Source of the DNA: a virus
Reading direction: 5' to 3' (one strand)
DNA length: 64,000 nt
Virus record (IMG/VR): IMGVR_UViG_3300040856_003274
Span: 96,001-160,000 of that record
The notes beneath the pieces are model-generated. The model was given only the letters and a program-made list of their open reading frames with translations, ran no database searches and was not told the DNA's origin. Made by a program: the position numbers and the translations under genes. Positions 11,401 through 18,795 of the stretch are shown here, in pieces (positions within the stretch are counted from its first letter, which is position 1; the number at the start of each line of letters is the position of its first letter).

Positions 11401-14400
11401 TCAAAAGCCATATCCCCTGTGGAGGGATTTATGGTGAAGTCGAGGTCTTGGCGCAGAGCTTCACCGATACCCTCACTGTTTAAGCGTATGAGGGTGTAAG
11501 GGTTTGATGTTAGATAAGCACCCTTGCCTACAACGATGGGGGTATTCTTTTGGTATATAGGTGTCTTGCTAATCTTAAGGGAGTCCGAGCTGGAGTACCC
11601 TTTCTGAAAGATGTCCGTCAACTCTATCGTGGTTTGGTTGCCGTCTTCAGAAACAGTTGCTGAAGCGATGATAAAGGAGTCTCCGCCTACCTCAAGTACA
11701 TTCCCCGTAATCGCGTACTCTAGGAAGTTACCGAAAAGAGTAAGGTTCTTCGCGCCCCTAGACACGGGCGCGAACACGGGAGGGTTGCTGAGGTTGAAGG
11801 CTTCCTCAAAAGGCACTAGGAAAGACTCTGTGACGGAACGGTCTGTGATGAGCATCAACTCAGGGTTACTTGCAGAGCGGGAGCCGAGCTCTTTTGTAGG
11901 AGTAGGGGTGATCTCAACGGAAGTCTCATTTGCGTCAGCGTCGTAAACGCTAGAAGTCACATAAAGAGTAGACGCTCCTAATCTTAAGAGCTTACCTGCG
12001 CTAATCTCAGTCCTATCTCCCTTGAGCTTAAAGAGCCTTTGATCAACCGCTAAGAAGAAAGGCTCATGATAGTAAGGCTCTCCTAGCGTGAATATAATCT
12101 CTCCACCCTGAGCTGAGAAAACCGCATATGTGACGGTTACAGGTCTGCCGTCTGTTATAGAGCGGTTGAAGTCTAGCCTCCCCTCGCTAATCGTAACCGT
12201 CTGAGCGCCTCTATAGTTTTCGAGATTAGCCTCTACGTAAACGACAGGCTCAAAGCTCGTATCTAGAGGCAAGCCGTTAAGATTAAACTCATAAGTGTAC
12301 TGAGAGCTTCTTTGGGCGCTTTCGCTTTTAATGAAGAAGGGGAGCTTCTTAGTAATCCGATCTTCCGAAGTGGCTCTACCGTCTATATCACCAGGTTGAT
12401 ACGTAACCTCTATCTCTTGGTCTTTCACAAGAGGCTTTGAGAGCTGGAAGCTCCCTGCGAGAGAGTTAGCTTTAAAGTCTGCACCCTCAATCAGCACCTC
12501 AACAAGGTAAGCAGAGGTCGCCTGCGTATTAACCACACCGTTGTGAGGGTCTAGCTCTAAGACATCAGCAGAGAAAGACTCGCTGTAATATACCACGCTG
12601 TCAGCGAGGCTTGTTACGATCTCTAAGCCTACTCTCAACTCTCCTGTGGGTAGATACTCAATGATCGCTTCGTTATCTGTGAACGCTTCAACTCGAATAA
12701 GAGTGCCTAAAAACTTATTAAACTCCCTACTTCCGATATTCAAGATGAAGTCTGAGAGGGTTTCTTTATCCGCGTTCAAGCCAGGTAGGGCGAGGTTGTC
12801 TGCTACATCACCAAGAGCCACACCTTTATTGAGGATATACGGAGTCTGATCCGCTTCATCTATACGGATGAATATCTGCCTACCCTTCGTAAGGGACTCG
12901 AAAGGTGACGTGATCTTATCTTCAGGTATGGGTGTCAGTTTTCTGACAATGAGAGGCTCTTCATTAAGATGGTTGAAGGGCTCGTAAAAGACCTCCGCGA
13001 ACAAGCTATCGCGGTTAGTGTCATCCTTAAGGATCGTGCAGAAGACATTATCTTCTTCAACCTTAAGGTTAGTCTCTACGATCCCGTTTTGCCTATTATA
13101 GTTGACGCGCACATAACGAATACCTGAGCTGAGGGCGAGCTTTAGGACTTGACCCTCTACAACATCTGCAAAGAAACTAACAGACGTGCTCTCTATGTTT
13201 CCAAAAGAGTCGCAAGACACAAGACCCGTAGCCAGCGAGTTGCGGAAAGACTCGATGAGAGTGACCTGTCCTTGAGGCTCACTGACCACGTAATCTAACC
13301 CTAATGTCAAATATTCATAGTCGTTAACACCGTCTGAATATTTGACGAAGCCTCTAAGCTCAGGTGCGGTGCTCCCGCTCAGTATTTGAGTGTCACCCAA
13401 AGAGATATTGACGGTAGGTCTTTGGATAGGGATCGTCTTCGCGACCCTCTCAACCCACTTAAACTGATTGTCCTCGAAGTTGTAGGCGATATCTTCAAAC
13501 GGATAGAGTATCTTTTGCCGTATCCCGCTGTCGTATTTAAAAAATGCGCTCTCGGTATAGCCGAGGCCGTCTTCTAGGGGATTAAAGTCTAAGAAATGGA
13601 AAGGACTCCGAGAGATTGTTCCGATAGGTATATCGTTAATGATTGACGTAGACTTAAAGTCAGAAACTTGCCTAGACAGGTCTAAGTTAACGGGGGATCG
13701 GTACACTCCAAGCGCGACACCTGACTCAATACTCCATGTGTGGTCGGAGTGGTAAAAGACAGGTAATCCGAAGGCTTCAATCGCAGAGGTGTCTTTGTTG
13801 CCATTATCGTCGTAAGGGCTTAACTCTAAGATTGTCCCCACCTCTACTCTAATGACAAGGTATCGGTTAATCAGACTTACGCTGACACCTTGTCCTAAAA
13901 CGCTATTAAGGCTACCTATAAGATTACTGCCTACATAGCGCCAGCGCACATAAGCGCCGTCTTTATGGAAGTGGAGGCTGTCTCCCTCTTTAAGCTCAAA
14001 TAGGGATCTTTTCTTAGAGACAAGCTCTCTTCCTCCAACGTAACGGCTCGGCACTAGCTCGCTCTGTCTAAATAAAATGCGCCCACCTTGATTAGACTTT
14101 TGCCATGTCGAAGGGGCATGAGTAGGCAGACCTACACCGTCTGCCTCTAGCGCAACAAAAGCAGAGCTTTCTTTTATCTCCTTACGCTTAGGAAGATCGC
14201 TTACTCTATCGACCACCTTAACTCGCTCTAAACAAGCATTCTCCGTGTAAATAAAGAAGTCTCCTACACCTTGAGCAGATGTTACGAGCCCGCACCCGTT
14301 AGGTCTAAAGGTAGGTGTGTCAGAGCTGTTAGGTTTTGTACCTGTTTTATCGGGATCACCGAGATACCCGCTTGTGAGGTAACCGTCTTCAGACAGTGTT

Positions 14401-15851
14401 GAGGGAGGTATTCTTAGTTTTGTGCTCTTGGCAAGGTTGTTGACCTCTTGCCCGTTTTCGTTCCTTAACGTCACAGGGTATTTTACGGGCAAAGGCTCTT
14501 TATTCAGGGCGATGCCGTTATAGAGGACTTGAGCGCCTACATACAACCTATTAAAGGAGTTGCTAGTGATGTCAACCTTGGCTAGATCAATCTCGCTAAA
14601 CTTGAGCTTTCCCGTAGAGAGCGCGACTCCTACGTGACCCTCTAACAGAGTAAGCCCGCTTAAAAGAGTCTCTGTATCTACTAGAGTAACGGAGAGAGGT
14701 CTGCGGTTGCCGATGTGGAGCATAGGTCGGCTTTGAGGGGGAGGGGGAGGGCTGATATAAAGGTCTTCACCGAACGTGCCGACAACACCATCGTTTTCTT
14801 CATTAAGGTTTAAGGTTGAGTACCAAAGGGTTGAACCGTAATAAGCCTCTACGAAAGTCGGATTGAATAGAATTTGACCACTCTCGACAGACAACAACCC
14901 TGAGAGAGGTGGGTTGTAGTCATCGAAGGCGATTTCTTTGTTATCGAGCTGTGTTTGAGATACTGCAAGGACACCTGAATACTCCTTGCCCATAGAAGCT
15001 ACGGGTACGGACGCTTCATTAGGGACATCCCCTAATCTTAATGTAGCATAGAGATCATTTGACTCGCCATCGAGAAACTCACCTTGTCTTATCCATGTTG
15101 GCAGGGGGCTCAGTGTAAAGGACTCTGAGGTGAGCTGTCCTAGATTGACAGGCTTGGAACCTTTAATGAGAGTCCAGTTACGAGTTGCACCATCCCATTT
15201 AAAGCGCGACTGATTAGGATCATTCTTAGTCCACCAAAAGCGAGCGTCTTCTACGGTATAGGTAGCGCCCGTGATCGTGTCTCCCCTATCTTGTGAGAGA
15301 GCGGCTTGGTTCGCACCGCTCTCAGTAAGGTTTCTCGTCTCGGTAGTGTTCTTTAGCGTAACCTTACCGCTGGTCGAGTTAAAGTCGAAATGGAGACTAG
15401 TAAACTCTACAGGGTCGCCATTGATTAAGACAGTGAGGGACAGGAGCGTATCTACTTTGAGCCCTTGCAAATCGTGGACAAGAAACTCGTTAGTTGCGTC
15501 ATAGTAAGGATCGGCTAGTCCCTGTCTAATCGTAAGATTAAGATACCTGAAGGTTACTTCAGCGTTGTCTAACACTTTTGTGGGGTCAAGGGCGAGGTTG
15601 GAAGAGTTAGCCGCCCATACAAAGTATTCTTCTAGTTGCTCCTCAGAGAGGTTTGCGCTTCGGTAAATCTCAGCACGCAGGTCAATAAAGTCGGGCAGTG
15701 TGTTAAGGAAGTTTGCGGAAAACCCGCTGAATAAATCGCCCTTCTGCTTAAAGTCTCTAACGACTTTAATCTCCGCCTCGTTTGTGGTGCTCGCGTTCGA
15801 GTCTGCGCTCTTTACGCCTTCTAATACAACACCTTTGAAAAGCTCACTCAT
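5499..15851 (-). CDS. giant (3450 aa) multi-domain virion structural protein, probably outer baseplate/tail appendage
   Basis: Uninterrupted 10.3 kb ORF two genes downstream of the spike; acidic and beta-rich, with repeated DY/DF.....G.i.f and G.l.i.....G.y.i modules; no enzymatic motif recognised. Confidence 0.65.
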   Translation of the reverse strand: MSELFKGVVLEGVKSADSNASTTNEAEIKVVRDFKQKGDLFSGFSANFLNTLPDFIDLRAEIYRSANLSEEQLEEYFVWAANSSNLALDPTKVLDNAEVTFRYLNLTIRQGLADPYYDATNEFLVHDLQGLKVDTLLSLTVLINGDPVEFTSLHFDFNSTSGKVTLKNTTETRNLTESGANQAALSQDRGDTITGATYTVEDARFWWTKNDPNQSRFKWDGATRNWTLIKGSKPVNLGQLTSESFTLSPLPTWIRQGEFLDGESNDLYATLRLGDVPNEASVPVASMGKEYSGVLAVSQTQLDNKEIAFDDYNPPLSGLLSVESGQILFNPTFVEAYYGSTLWYSTLNLNEENDGVVGTFGEDLYISPPPPPQSRPMLHIGNRRPLSVTLVDTETLLSGLTLLEGHVGVALSTGKLKFSEIDLAKVDITSNSFNRLYVGAQVLYNGIALNKEPLPVKYPVTLRNENGQEVNNLAKSTKLRIPPSTLSEDGYLTSGYLGDPDKTGTKPNSSDTPTFRPNGCGLVTSAQGVGDFFIYTENACLERVKVVDRVSDLPKRKEIKESSAFVALEADGVGLPTHAPSTWQKSNQGGRILFRQSELVPSRYVGGRELVSKKRSLFELKEGDSLHFHKDGAYVRWRYVGSNLIGSLNSVLGQGVSVSLINRYLVIRVEVGTILELSPYDDNGNKDTSAIEAFGLPVFYHSDHTWSIESGVALGVYRSPVNLDLSRQVSDFKSTSIINDIPIGTISRSPFHFLDFNPLEDGLGYTESAFFKYDSGIRQKILYPFEDIAYNFEDNQFKWVERVAKTIPIQRPTVNISLGDTQILSGSTAPELRGFVKYSDGVNDYEYLTLGLDYVVSEPQGQVTLIESFRNSLATGLVSCDSFGNIESTSVSFFADVVEGQVLKLALSSGIRYVRVNYNRQNGIVETNLKVEEDNVFCTILKDDTNRDSLFAEVFYEPFNHLNEEPLIVRKLTPIPEDKITSPFESLTKGRQIFIRIDEADQTPYILNKGVALGDVADNLALPGLNADKETLSDFILNIGSREFNKFLGTLIRVEAFTDNEAIIEYLPTGELRVGLEIVTSLADSVVYYSESFSADVLELDPHNGVVNTQATSAYLVEVLIEGADFKANSLAGSFQLSKPLVKDQEIEVTYQPGDIDGRATSEDRITKKLPFFIKSESAQRSSQYTYEFNLNGLPLDTSFEPVVYVEANLENYRGAQTVTISEGRLDFNRSITDGRPVTVTYAVFSAQGGEIIFTLGEPYYHEPFFLAVDQRLFKLKGDRTEISAGKLLRLGASTLYVTSSVYDADANETSVEITPTPTKELGSRSASNPELMLITDRSVTESFLVPFEEAFNLSNPPVFAPVSRGAKNLTLFGNFLEYAITGNVLEVGGDSFIIASATVSEDGNQTTIELTDIFQKGYSSSDSLKISKTPIYQKNTPIVVGKGAYLTSNPYTLIRLNSEGIGEALRQDLDFTINPSTGDMAFDSNHFKGFDAGDELFGAFSLIKAPSPYFRDGVLVSPLLGISYIKLVSPEENNGFILKGKYEYVDPDGFYFRALPLKEFAKEVLSEDREKNLNTFGSFLASAPDESNDKGVSGILSTRTRIKNKERVARSFLSFYHNVVCSLEQMVETSEGVFIGDRDGKLKFNIRREDRVTETPGFENLIEGSYTPRILFREAFSAVSNSPYIPISSDPLLRPHITPSLIDGVVFDDQDMTSSEIKRLTNDQKRYVENDVDDIVLVGTRKKTIKINGDKKNTLRGVYKRLGELHKLSRLFPQRAQGYGQIYKGHVSDEYPNDGIFTAGRVVETGRGVFDYGWADTNGNVIGQLQNNVIGEVSAVTDATLRKRFPRARVVSYSPHGFPELDTSLGLVGAESFSVTPRPAILATPLLIKDFPLDENELPDLTKLISNGGSLSDLTTGDVELSTPAFKVGDTLNVGYANGQIINLRDVKYVEIQDEPVYAKVSVRNIYAGCVIDLKSDESDPVRRVQDISSLREGAVISEGDTLFAEATQPSSDAGISPTIEEMVLVSSFSDTYRAGSDFTLRSNGEIADRSLPSLEDTVPFPLKEMLGQTPPTPGMFYDADISFSYSDIEPLRLPALFSEDKSDSGDYPVPYLSSPSVEKIRLRALQKKLQTVLDQDNATVTQSDYPDEIVERSAVPDDMGILDFSRSLLPVTDAGAYTPKSGVADAEPYDLMLSETLEGSTLGSRGFLSVGRVDSNSVEPPRYVSHTEIGNKISYVLNNALAYEDPGHFSGVAVRRVYDAVLNIYVYTFKVESIGGLDLTPFEDLWFNAEFGTIIEINLYKRDIDPFVAVNEGEVVDTIRLTKTTPSGSVTGSVQRISADGTVSASFALLFGSFSFQTNLVITTTTLGSPLIDPSHYFHKVTSGANFFVSNPNDSEGHLDFSVNIRASSRTANIEEDRLTFTEVYPLSHAGERGRMHSISGLSLEATLDVEQVETGLTGNPDSSVNSALEINGGDPLTFKRRTLDHLGVGIYDATSARWGLRAHGWEGSGNQPVKDILEASNETLSVSVIPSSEPVVVGTVLAEDLASSDSDFILKDVTLSSGALDGIEKSDVLKIKSSAVAGYPCTTKAGSYLIRGVVPADAGLDYGTFEKDLPVISAFPLFKEITSSGGTYSITVQEPINDPQSYRYFFPVVSGRVHIITNFRQLYSGSSTDLRYAIICADYALIEHNITFKTLSNFRDALGNVIPANDFADLLTNLRGAYISGMTSLPLDFDYAEGFTPQGYHDPASSIYGVEEMAFNTINGDTLDFSVGRPVDATGGSFGILAGELAVQPFTNVVLEEWRKRYSGPYLYNNTPSSFNLSYLTDAQWLTLNNPRGVLITNPAESALRCLSPFDTFTATYRATAGIYLEPTIPQPVQDLGEGTAQRVIDEQNTNNPLNLNLKLGLRSLSSFVPAAIPTEKEYVNFEVSHIRRFHEANNSIKTDASELSYIYEMRRANSISFADGANGLKTVFESNGGTQLGLFTYSRVNINAGDELKVKRRGVTVFQSKITKVEAERLYLELDWELDADHTYDEAVVLLKQAPIPHQQSCEELLDAITDTVRVTMTAEAGFGGYTPWRTNYEDSINFLKDNNTDRDVSDPLYLNYVDEGVEEGDIVIIDPAGVLNDLGEQGARPFGDIGVPGRLDSLGNLVHQAGSPSPYDDNRGFYKVLSVSPTELTVTSLTGVVGNSAFGDVIEDSDDNQRAFTVYPTVNGSLLSDNGLEGQMDLRPTEYADPNTLSFGGNYLSVAPYSYKIIKPTGLLSENAVGQILLLRERTLSLVDQIRTLYANKKYGTYRDFQEEAHAQDVGSNVDPTIGLGVALNVLVEDVRGQVSIAPYVNDSDCLSILDRRVFIEDSDLDNETPTGSAEPYTLFEDDFNQPSMLTRISELLNQGEDLLESRYSWLDYRVNRKDGSFQELLRYDIFELPRRQKEAINRAKRLATNLED

Positions 15852-15860
15852 GTCTTAACC

Positions 15861-16463
15861 TTATCCGATTATGCTAAAAGTAGGCGCAGAGCCGATTAAA
15901 ACGGACACGGCGGCTGGCGGGACGGGGGTTACTGCACCAACGCCAAATCCTAATAGGGTTTGTTGCCCTAAAGCTACACTAATACCTTTAGATAATAAAG
16001 ATTGATTAAGCTGAGGAGAGCCTCCACTTGAAACAAAAGCTGACTTGATCGCGCTAAGCAAAGAAGCCTCTAATGTAGGCACGTTAGCGGCGATTACTTT
16101 TGTGGAGTCAACCCCTGCGACAACACCTGACGACTGTCCTTTGTATACGATGCCACTCATAGAAGAAGCGCACGCGAGCCCTACTGCTTTATAGAGCTCT
16201 AAAGCGATAGGCCCCTTTAGATCGCTCGCTTTAGTGGCGGTGGCGACAAAGCTCGGAGAAGGAGGGAACGTAGTCACTCCGTTAACTTCCCCTTTTCCTC
16301 CCACAGAGCCTGTTGCAGTACCTTGGAATGTAATATTAGAGGGCGTGTTTACCCATGTTGCGATCCCTGTCGAAATGGCGGAAGCTAGGATGCTCCAGCT
16401 TAATCCTTTGAAAGTGCTATTAGAGAGGATTTCTTGATTTAGTGTGGCGGGTGTCAGTTTCAT
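15861..16463 (-). CDS. small spike-associated protein with threefold internal repeat
   Basis: 200 aa, Gly/Ala/Ser-rich, directly after the spike gene; three L..ai..g/a......f/y.G units. Confidence 0.5.
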   Translation of the reverse strand: MKLTPATLNQEILSNSTFKGLSWSILASAISTGIATWVNTPSNITFQGTATGSVGGKGEVNGVTTFPPSPSFVATATKASDLKGPIALELYKAVGLACASSMSGIVYKGQSSGVVAGVDSTKVIAANVPTLEASLLSAIKSAFVSSGGSPQLNQSLLSKGISVALGQQTLLGFGVGAVTPVPPAAVSVLIGSAPTFSIIG

Positions 16464-16473
16464 TAAACTTTTC

Positions 16474-18795
16474 TTATGGAGAGAGTCTTACAGTCGAGCT
16501 TCCCATATTATAAGTTGATAATGGCTTGCCTGACAACGGGTCTAAATCCGTTGAGCTGACTACTCCTCCGCCTAGAGCCCCCGTGACGAGACTGATTGAG
16601 TTAGCGGATACGGTTGCTTTGGCAGAGGAGGTAATGTTAACAGCACCCCCTGCCGTCATAGAGAGGGTAGCTGTGACATTAACCGCCATCTTTTGAGGTG
16701 TGTTAACCGTTATCCCTGTAGCGGAGTCAAAGGAAGCTGAAGAGAGCCCTGCTCCAAGCTCAGATTGGCCTAAAGTTGTTGTGTAAATCTGTCTCCCTAC
16801 CTCAACCGTTGTACTGTGTTCTCCAGCAACGAGCGTTTCTTCGCGGTTACCAAAAGTGTTGAGGTAGCTGTCAGCCTTCGGGTTTGTCGGAAGGTTCGTA
16901 ATGTTAACCTGACGGCTCGCACCACTCGTAGGTAGGTTGGAGCTAATATTAAGAGAGTGTCCGTTCGTGTAGTTTTCAGACCCGTTCTCCGCAGAGATCG
17001 CGTATCCTCCAGCAGAAGAAACCTGATATGCGCCCCCCGTATTGATCTCAATATTCTGAGTGTCAGATAGATCAAATGTCTGCGCCGAGATTTTAACCTT
17101 GTTAGCGGCTTTAAGCTGTATAAGACCTCTGCCTTCAATCAGCACATCAGGTGCGTTCTCGACAGCTTGGGCAGTGGTTACTTTACCTCCACCGAAGATG
17201 CTTACCGCGCCTCCCTCAGATCTAATGTTAACGCCAACATTACCTGTTAAGCCACCCTCTTTAGAGATGAGCTCGATTTCTTTGTCTGCCGTGAGCTTAT
17301 AGCCTTCACCTGTACCAAGCCTCATGCCCCCTAAGGAGTAAAGCTCGAAAGCGTTGTCTGCTCTGCTACCAACAAAGCTCGCTAAAAACTTACCTTCCTT
17401 TGTGACGGTGATGAAAGAGCTTTCCCTAAACGCTCCTCTACCTCTCACATCAACAGGAGGTGTCACGATTAAGCTAAAAGCAGACTGATCGTTGAGCGGG
17501 CGGTCTGTGCCTATTACGAAATCCTTAACGAGGTTATCTCCGTCAAAGACAATCGGCACAAGAGGCGCTCCGTACTTTTCTTTGCCTGCTTCTGTGAACG
17601 GGTCATTACCGACAAGCGTGCCTAACACCATCTCTACAAAGTTGGGGGTAGGGTCTGACTCGCCGTTGTCAGGATAGTTATCAGCATCAAACCCGTCAGT
17701 TTGCTCCGTAACAGGGAGTGTTCCGTTAGAGGTGTGCTTTAGCTCTATGCGGTATTCTGTCAGGGAGTTTTCACTTAAGGGGCTTGAGGTATAGCTGTTT
17801 TCGTAGTTAACAGAGCTATCTCCAACTCTATAGAAGACTTTACCTCCGTAAGAGGAATAGTCTTCAAGGTTTTCGTCTAACCTGAAGCCGTCTGAGTCGA
17901 TGAAGAGCCCCCACTGTAAAAACTCATAAGGGTTTAAGTCCTTCGCAAACGTAATACCGCCTGATCTCTCAAACGCTGTTTCACCGCTGTAGTTTTCTTC
18001 TTCTCCTATGGGAGGATAGAAGAGGTAGGACGGTGTGAGGAAGTCGTCGTCAAACAACCCTTCCTCTATGTTTTCATAAGAGTGACCCCAATCAAGCCCA
18101 TCAGAGAACATTTGAGTCGGTAAGAGCCTAGCGTCTCGTTGCACCATGCCTGCGTACACGCGTGCGCCCGCGAGACTATGGAACTGTTGCAATGAGCGCG
18201 TGACCAAAGCCTGATCTTGATCTCTAAGAATAATCTCGTTAGCTCTACGGTTCGTGATCGTCACGCTCTCGTCTAGATGGAGGTCAGCGCCTTGCCTTGA
18301 AGAGATAAGAGCCTCACCTTCTTCAAGGTGGCGCATCTTAAAACGTATACGAGAAGCAAACCCTTTGAGATCGTCCCGATCAGCCCCTGTTTCCATTTGA
18401 CCTTCTTCAGGAGAGAAGTCTTGCCCTACAACCCAATCTCTCGCGAGCCATGATGGAGGCGGGAAATAAGAGACGATGACAGGCTGTCGAGCTGAAGCTC
18501 TACCATCACTTTCTTTAGGGGCAAAGGCGACGACAGCGTAATCTCCGCTACAAGGCATCATCCCAAAGAAACTACGGCGACCGCCTCCAGGGAATGTTAT
18601 TGGCGCTTTAAACTCAAAAGTTTCGGACTCTTTAGTCTTCGAGTGTAAATGGACATACCCTTCTTCAAAGTTGACGTGGGTAATCTTAAAGATTGCCAAA
18701 CCCCACTGACCCCAACCTCGGCTACCACTTTCATTGGCGATGTTAAGAGGGGTAGTGCTGTTGATGTAAGTTGTTTCTGCGCCTTGTGGTATCAT
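16474..18795 (-). CDS. baseplate central spike protein (gp5/gpV/VgrG-like)
   Basis: N-terminal OB-fold-like 'FKITHVNFEEGYVHL...FFGMMPCSGDYAVVAF'; C-terminal Ser/Thr/Gly-rich beta-helix-like repeats; follows the hub gene. Confidence 0.7.
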   Translation of the reverse strand: MIPQGAETTYINSTTPLNIANESGSRGWGQWGLAIFKITHVNFEEGYVHLHSKTKESETFEFKAPITFPGGGRRSFFGMMPCSGDYAVVAFAPKESDGRASARQPVIVSYFPPPSWLARDWVVGQDFSPEEGQMETGADRDDLKGFASRIRFKMRHLEEGEALISSRQGADLHLDESVTITNRRANEIILRDQDQALVTRSLQQFHSLAGARVYAGMVQRDARLLPTQMFSDGLDWGHSYENIEEGLFDDDFLTPSYLFYPPIGEEENYSGETAFERSGGITFAKDLNPYEFLQWGLFIDSDGFRLDENLEDYSSYGGKVFYRVGDSSVNYENSYTSSPLSENSLTEYRIELKHTSNGTLPVTEQTDGFDADNYPDNGESDPTPNFVEMVLGTLVGNDPFTEAGKEKYGAPLVPIVFDGDNLVKDFVIGTDRPLNDQSAFSLIVTPPVDVRGRGAFRESSFITVTKEGKFLASFVGSRADNAFELYSLGGMRLGTGEGYKLTADKEIELISKEGGLTGNVGVNIRSEGGAVSIFGGGKVTTAQAVENAPDVLIEGRGLIQLKAANKVKISAQTFDLSDTQNIEINTGGAYQVSSAGGYAISAENGSENYTNGHSLNISSNLPTSGASRQVNITNLPTNPKADSYLNTFGNREETLVAGEHSTTVEVGRQIYTTTLGQSELGAGLSSASFDSATGITVNTPQKMAVNVTATLSMTAGGAVNITSSAKATVSANSISLVTGALGGGVVSSTDLDPLSGKPLSTYNMGSSTVRLSP

